Source: Thermodesulfobacteriota bacterium (GTDB lineage: Bacteria > Desulfobacterota_D > UBA1144 > Nemesobacterales > UBA2774). From it: DNA of 64,000 bases. Below, one piece after another: positions 59,176-64,000 of the stretch (position 1 is its first letter; every line of letters starts with the position of its first letter). The position numbers and the translations under genes are program-made. The notes beneath the pieces are model-generated. The model made no database searches, had not been told where the DNA came from, and was given only the letters and a program-made list of their open reading frames with translations. Where the stretch lies: contig OZ244197.1 in the NCBI GenBank assembly GCA_965216785.1, positions 2,272,001 to 2,336,000 on the forward strand. The letters are read 5' to 3'.

Positions 59176-59901
59176 ATGACGGACAACCGGGACAATTCTA
59201 ATTACGATATAGCCGCGCGGGCCCTCACCAAAACTTTCGGCAGCTTCGACGCGCTTAAAGGCATAGACCTGTTTCTGAAAAAAGGTGAGTTCGTTACCCT
59301 GTTCGGTCCGAACGGAGCGGGTAAGACGACTCTTATAAAGCTCCTCTCGACTCTTGCTAAACCTACTTCCGGGACTCTCACGGTCGCCGGGCACGACGCC
59401 TCGAAAGAGGCCGGGAAAGTAAGGGCCTCAGTAGGAGTCATATCCCACGACCCGTATCTCTACGAAAACCTGAGCGCGTTTGAGAATATAAAATTCTTCG
59501 GCGAGATGTACGGCGTCTCTGATACCGATACAAGGGCGGCTGAGCTTATAGACCTCATTGGCCTTGGGGCAAGGACGCACGATCTTGTTAGAACCTTCTC
59601 CCGGGGCATGAAACAGCGCCTCTCCGTTGCAAGGTCCATTGTGCACGACCCCAGGGTACTGCTATTGGACGAGCCCTACACGGGGCTTGACCAAAAGGGC
59701 GCTCGCATTTTCGGAGACACTCTCAAGTGGCTCAAGTCCCACGAGCGGACTATTTTGATGACCACGCATAATATCGACGAAGGCCTACAGCTAAGCGACA
59801 GGGTAGGGATCATGACCTCCGGGAAAATCGTATACGAAGGCCCGGCCTCAGATTTAAACAACGACAGCTTCAAAGACCTATATTTAACCCACGTTGAGTA
59901 G
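59176..59901 (+). CDS. ccmA: Heme export ABC ATPase CcmA
   Basis: GPNGAGKT, FSRGMKQR, LDEPYTGLD; context with ccmB/C/E. Confidence 0.8.
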   Translation: MTDNRDNSNYDIAARALTKTFGSFDALKGIDLFLKKGEFVTLFGPNGAGKTTLIKLLSTLAKPTSGTLTVAGHDASKEAGKVRASVGVISHDPYLYENLSAFENIKFFGEMYGVSDTDTRAAELIDLIGLGARTHDLVRTFSRGMKQRLSVARSIVHDPRVLLLDEPYTGLDQKGARIFGDTLKWLKSHERTILMTTHNIDEGLQLSDRVGIMTSGKIVYEGPASDLNNDSFKDLYLTHVE

Positions 59902-59907
59902 TACACC

Positions 59908-59944
59908 GTCATTGCAAGGCTCCAAAAGGAGCCGCGGCAATCTC
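59908..59944 (+). repeat. GTCATTGC...GCAATCTC element with internal hairpin
   Basis: GTCATTGCAA-GGCTCC-AAAA-GGAGCC-GCG-GCAATCTC. Confidence 0.6.
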
Positions 59945-60019
59945 ATCATTATTTATTTCCACGAAACCCAATCCCACCTCCTGCATCTTAATTAATATCT
60001 ACGGAATAAGGAGGGTATT

Positions 60020-60517
60020 ATGAAAAAGCTTTTCACGGTTTTCATGATCTTAGTAGCAGTAAGCTTCCTATACGTAGAGAAGGGAAATGCTGAAGATTCC
60101 ATGGAGAAAGCAAAGGCTCTATGGGATATGATGCAGAGTGAAAAATATCAAGAGACCTGGGCGCTGTTCCCCGGGAAAGGGAAATTATATAAAGGAACCG
60201 AGCCTCACGGCATGCTGCTCACGACCTATGTGAACACCGCTGCCGATGAGGGGCTTAAATCGGGCAAAAAGGAGCTCCCGAAAGGCTCTATTTTGATTAA
60301 GGAGAATTACATGCCGGACAAGACGCTCGCCGCCATCACGGTCATGGATAAGACCGGTGAGGGCAAGGACGACTGGTTCTGGGTCAAGTACAACCCGGAC
60401 GGCACAGTCGCAAAGAAAGGCGATATGGCGCTTGCGGGCACGCCGGGCGGATGTGTCGGATGTCACGCGGCTTCAACGAGCGGAGTCCATAACATCATGA
60501 CGGGGCTTCCCGAGTAA
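60020..60517 (+). CDS. Cytochrome P460 / c'-beta family periplasmic cytochrome c
   Basis: Signal peptide, LPKGSILIKENY, DWFW, C-terminal CVGCH. Confidence 0.8.
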   Translation: MKKLFTVFMILVAVSFLYVEKGNAEDSMEKAKALWDMMQSEKYQETWALFPGKGKLYKGTEPHGMLLTTYVNTAADEGLKSGKKELPKGSILIKENYMPDKTLAAITVMDKTGEGKDDWFWVKYNPDGTVAKKGDMALAGTPGGCVGCHAASTSGVHNIMTGLPE

Positions 60518-60619
60518 TTTCGCCTGAGAAGACGGTATAGAATTATTTTAAGAGAGTAAGTGTGATTTTATTTTTGCTAAGGTAGAAAATTAGGCTTTAT
60601 GTATTCCCTTCTCTTGTAG

Positions 60620-60657
60620 AGGCGGTGGGTTCTGAAAGGCTCTCACCGCCTTTTTTT
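60620..60657 (+). terminator. Intrinsic terminator
   Basis: AGGCGGTGGG...CTCACCGCC-TTTTTTT. Confidence 0.85.
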
Positions 60658-60728
60658 ATTATGTTTGGCTCTTCGCTGCATAGTGCTCCCTGTAACATGT
60701 TCTCAATCTGTTATAATACTCCTCGGCC

Positions 60729-61400
60729 ATGCGTAAAATCTGGGCAATAATTAAAAAAGACATAATAACCGAGCTAAGGACAAAGGAGCTTTTCACCTCA
60801 ATGCTCACGTTCGCGCTCCTTGTGATAGTCATCTTCAACTTCGCATTCGGTTTTGCTCCCGGTGTGCTTAACCTTGCCGCGCCGGCTATGCTCTGGATAG
60901 CTTTTACATTCGCGGGCGTTCTCGGGCTCAGCCGCTCTTTCGCGCTAGAGAAAGAAGGCAGCGCGATTTTGGGACTCCTTCTCACCCCAACCGATAGGAG
61001 CCTGATTTATTTCGGCAAGATGATCAGCAATACAGTATTTGTATTCATCACCGGGCTTATCATAGTCCCCATGTTCGTTATTTTCTTTAACTACAATTTC
61101 ATTGACACCTTGCTTCCGCTTATCCCTGTCATATTTCTTGGCTCCGTTGGATTTGTCGCGGTGGGTACTTTGTTTTCCGCAATGGCCATAAATACGAAAT
61201 TAAGAGAGGTACTGCTTCCAATACTTCTATTCCCCATTATTATTCCGGTCATTGTCGGAGCCGTGAAGCTCAGCACCCAGGCGCTTTCGGGTGAATCCAT
61301 ACTCGAAGCACGCTCAGCTTTGCAACTCTTGGTGGCTTTCGATATAATCTTTCTCACTGCCTGCGCAGTTACATTTGAATACGTGATTGAGGAAACATAA
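60729..61400 (+). CDS. ccmB: Heme exporter CcmB
   Basis: IIKKDIITELR, LLPILLFPIIIP, multiple TM helices. Confidence 0.9.
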   Translation: MRKIWAIIKKDIITELRTKELFTSMLTFALLVIVIFNFAFGFAPGVLNLAAPAMLWIAFTFAGVLGLSRSFALEKEGSAILGLLLTPTDRSLIYFGKMISNTVFVFITGLIIVPMFVIFFNYNFIDTLLPLIPVIFLGSVGFVAVGTLFSAMAINTKLREVLLPILLFPIIIPVIVGAVKLSTQALSGESILEARSALQLLVAFDIIFLTACAVTFEYVIEET

Positions 61401-61487
61401 TGGGGACAGAGGCAGTGGGGACGGGCGGGAGTGCGAAGCACGATCCGGGGGTATTAATCTAGCAAACAGCGATACCTGGGAGTATAA
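61400..61487 (+). repeat. Diverged module-A copy of GGGGACAGAGGC family
   Basis: ATGGGGACAGAGGCAGTGGGGACGGGCGGGAGTGCGAAGCACGATCCGGGGG...GCGATACCTGGGAG. Confidence 0.82.
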
Positions 61488-61493
61488 CAAAAA

Positions 61494-62153
61494 ATGAGAA
61501 TTGCACTAATAATAATTACTTTCATCACTATGGCGGCATCCCTGTATACCGCCTTCGTATACGCCCCAACGGAGCCTCTGATGGGTCACATACAAAGAAT
61601 CTTTTATTTCCATATGGGGACGGTTTGGGTGGCCACGGTGGCTTTCATCATAGTTTTTATAAGCTCCATATTGTATTTATGGAAAGGGACCCGAAAATGG
61701 GACATCCTCGCCTACTGCTCCGCGGAGCTTGGCGTGCTGTTCCTGACCCTTACGATTATCACGGGAAGTATATGGGCAAAACCCATTTGGGGCACCTGGT
61801 GGACATGGGACCCTCAGCTAACCACTACATTTATTCTTTGGATACTTTATATCGTGTATCTGGTGTTAAGGTCGTCTGCGGAAAATGACAGCAAGCGCGC
61901 GAAGTTCGCAGCCGTTTTCGGTATTATTGCCTTCATCGACTTGCCCCTGGTTTATCTCTCCGTCAGAGTGATGCGCGGGATCTCTCCTGTCGTATTCGGC
62001 CCCGGCGGGGGAGGGATAGAGCCTCAGATGATGCACGCTCTGCTGATCAACATGGCCGCCTTCTCCTTACTCTTCATAGTGCTTCTTCTGGAGCGGATAG
62101 ATCTTGAGCGTTTTCAGGACAAAATTACGCGTCTTAAGCTCAGTACTAGTTAG
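61494..62153 (+). CDS. ccmC: Heme exporter CcmC (divergent)
   Basis: QRIFYFH, WAKPIWGTWWTWDP WWD domain. Confidence 0.9.
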   Translation: MRIALIIITFITMAASLYTAFVYAPTEPLMGHIQRIFYFHMGTVWVATVAFIIVFISSILYLWKGTRKWDILAYCSAELGVLFLTLTIITGSIWAKPIWGTWWTWDPQLTTTFILWILYIVYLVLRSSAENDSKRAKFAAVFGIIAFIDLPLVYLSVRVMRGISPVVFGPGGGGIEPQMMHALLINMAAFSLLFIVLLLERIDLERFQDKITRLKLSTS

Positions 62154-62277
62154 TGATTGTTAGAGGTTAAATAAGGCATGTTAGGTGAATACTTAGCTAT
62201 AGTTCAAGTAACATCTTAAGAAATAAAGGTAACATATTGATAACATATAGTAATTAGCTGGTTCTAGGGTAAATACA

Positions 62278-63030
62278 ATGCCCGAATTCGACTTTTCAAT
62301 ACCTCCTGAGTATTACCGTTACTATGTCATGTCGGGCATAGTTCTCGCGGCAGTCTGGTGCTTTTTCGGATACAAAATCTTCAGGTTCGTTCTGGGTATT
62401 CTAGGGTTTATTGTGGGCGCGTTGGCCGCGGGCGCAATCGGATACGAGTTCTCTGAGGGAAGAGAGATGATCGCAATTGCCTCCGCCATAGTGGGCGGTC
62501 TCCTCGGCGCAGGCGTAATGTTTGTGCTTTATCTCCTGGGAGTATTTGTAATCGGAGCCGTATTAGGCGCTCTAATCGCCCTTTCAGTGCTCACCTATCT
62601 GGGCCGGGAGCCCGAGTATCTTACCATTATCATTACAGGGGCTGTAACCGGAGTTATAGCCCTGTTTATAAAGCGTTTTATGATTATACTCGCCACATCG
62701 TTTACCGGCGCGTGGGCTGTGGTCACAGGTTTTACCTATTTTGTGAAAGATAAATTCGACCCGCTCGACCCCCAGTCCGTATTCAGCATGGGGGAGGACC
62801 CGGTTTACCGCTTCCTGATGGTATGGTTCGGTCTTTCGGTAGCCGGTTTTACAGTCCAGTACATAACCTCTGTCAAAGATTATAAACCTGAGTCTGAGCC
62901 CGAGGCCGAAGAGGACGAATCCGGTCCCGTGGATAATGAGATTATTGAGCTGGATGAGCCATATGACGAGCCGGATATAACGACAATTTCAGATCCTCCC
63001 TCCGATCCTGGAGATACAGGTAAAGAGTAG
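62278..63030 (+). CDS. DUF4203/TMEM198-like membrane protein with acidic tail
   Basis: CFFGYKIFR, Gly-rich TMs, ILATSFTGA. Confidence 0.75.
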   Translation: MPEFDFSIPPEYYRYYVMSGIVLAAVWCFFGYKIFRFVLGILGFIVGALAAGAIGYEFSEGREMIAIASAIVGGLLGAGVMFVLYLLGVFVIGAVLGALIALSVLTYLGREPEYLTIIITGAVTGVIALFIKRFMIILATSFTGAWAVVTGFTYFVKDKFDPLDPQSVFSMGEDPVYRFLMVWFGLSVAGFTVQYITSVKDYKPESEPEAEEDESGPVDNEIIELDEPYDEPDITTISDPPSDPGDTGKE

Positions 63031-63182
63031 GCAGGGCAGAATCACTCCTTGCCGAAAGAACCCTTCATAATACAAAGGCATCACAATATTTACATAGTGA
63101 GTAAAAATGGTTTAAGTTCCTGAAATGCTGGGTATGATATAGTCCGGATATCGGTTCTCGGCAGAATAGTGAATTAGGAAAA

Positions 63183-63833
63183 ATGGATATGGGTAAATAC
63201 GCATCAGCACTATTTACAGCAATAATCGGAATTTTAATTTTAGGGTCTGTTATCTCTCTTGCGGATCAAGAGATAGTTGAACTTCCCATTAACAGCGCTC
63301 AAGACATTGTCTCGAGCGGCTCTGTCCGGATAGACCCTGAAAGCGAAAACGCGCTTCTTGTAAATTCAGACGGTAAAAAAGAAATCGAGCTCTTTGATAT
63401 AGAAGGTACGGGCCTTGGTGATAAAAAACTCACCTACAGCGCCGTAATGCGCACAAAAGACCTTACGTCTACCGACGACACCAGGGGTATAGCGTATCTG
63501 GAGTTAACCGTACTCTTCCCTGACGGTGAAGAGCTGGTAGCCCGCGGCCCCAGAGTCCCTCTGTCCGGCACGACAGAGTGGAGGTCCGCAGAGACTGTTC
63601 TGTACGTAGACAAGGGCGGGGATCCACAAAATGTCAGTTTGGATCTTATCGTAGACGGAGCGGGAAAAGTGTGGCTTCAGGACGTCAGGCTCAGCACTCG
63701 TCCGCTAAGGACAGACTATCTTTTCTGGGGACACGTAGTTGTTTGGATCGTCCTCATAATATATATTTATCACTTGATAAGAAAGCAGGGCAGGCTCACA
63801 AGAGAGCTTAGGTCTCTTAAGAGCGGAGCTTGA
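63183..63833 (+). CDS. Periplasmic jelly-roll-like domain fused to a CcmD-like C-terminal helix
   Basis: C-terminus DYLFWGHVVVWIVLIIYIYHLIRKQGRLTRELRSL, located immediately before ccmE. Confidence 0.65.
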   Translation: MDMGKYASALFTAIIGILILGSVISLADQEIVELPINSAQDIVSSGSVRIDPESENALLVNSDGKKEIELFDIEGTGLGDKKLTYSAVMRTKDLTSTDDTRGIAYLELTVLFPDGEELVARGPRVPLSGTTEWRSAETVLYVDKGGDPQNVSLDLIVDGAGKVWLQDVRLSTRPLRTDYLFWGHVVVWIVLIIYIYHLIRKQGRLTRELRSLKSGA

Positions 63834-63863
63834 TTTTTTAATGAAATTGGCGCGGATAATATT

Positions 63864-64000
63864 ATGCTAAAAGGCAAACTAAAATTCATAATAGCTATTG
63901 CGGTAATCGCTCTTACGGTCAGCTATCTCGTCTATGCCGGCGTAAAGGATACTATGGTCTATTACCTCACTGTGGAAGAGCTAAAAGATCAGGTGCCTGA
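63864..64000 (+). CDS. ccmE: Heme chaperone CcmE, truncated by window edge
   Basis: MLKGKLKFIIAIAVIALTVSYLVYAGVKDTMVYYLTVEEL; YYLTxxE motif; absent from ORF track. Confidence 0.82.
   Translation, partial: MLKGKLKFIIAIAVIALTVSYLVYAGVKDTMVYYLTVEELKDQVP

Overview
Bacterial chromosomal window of moderate GC with about 68 CDS. I found no rRNA, tRNA, CRISPR array, prophage or intact transposase. Gene content (IPTL-CTERM protein, deltaproteobacterial-style mla and ccm loci, long HflX, pyruvoyl arginine decarboxylase) suggests a Desulfobacterota-related lineage such as Ca. Dadabacteria; this is inference only. Housekeeping genes (alr, hflX, xseB-ispA-tlyA, rpsT/holA, lipB, ndk, proA, sigma-70 paralog, recN, ppk2) are mixed with accessory oxidoreductases and surface proteins, a carbamoyltransferase/rml/cysC glycan locus and an interrupted ccm locus. 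Most notable: (1) a secreted protein with about 20 aromatic-Pro repeats directly upstream of mlaE-mlaF-mlaD, where MlaD has an exact 34-aa helical repeat, a candidate unusual MCE lipid-transport system; (2) a family of 45-50 bp G-rich hairpin repeats that occur in tandem and nested, fill whole intergenic spacers and flank rmlB as direct repeats; (3) hflX appears to start at ATA; (4) a variant ccm system with CcmC lacking its second heme-ligand His, a CcmD-like tail fused to a periplasmic domain and an inserted cytochrome P460-family gene; (5) many genes with a -10 box 7-9 nt before the start and no SD, suggesting frequent leaderless mRNAs. Several real small or edge ORFs are missing from the supplied track.
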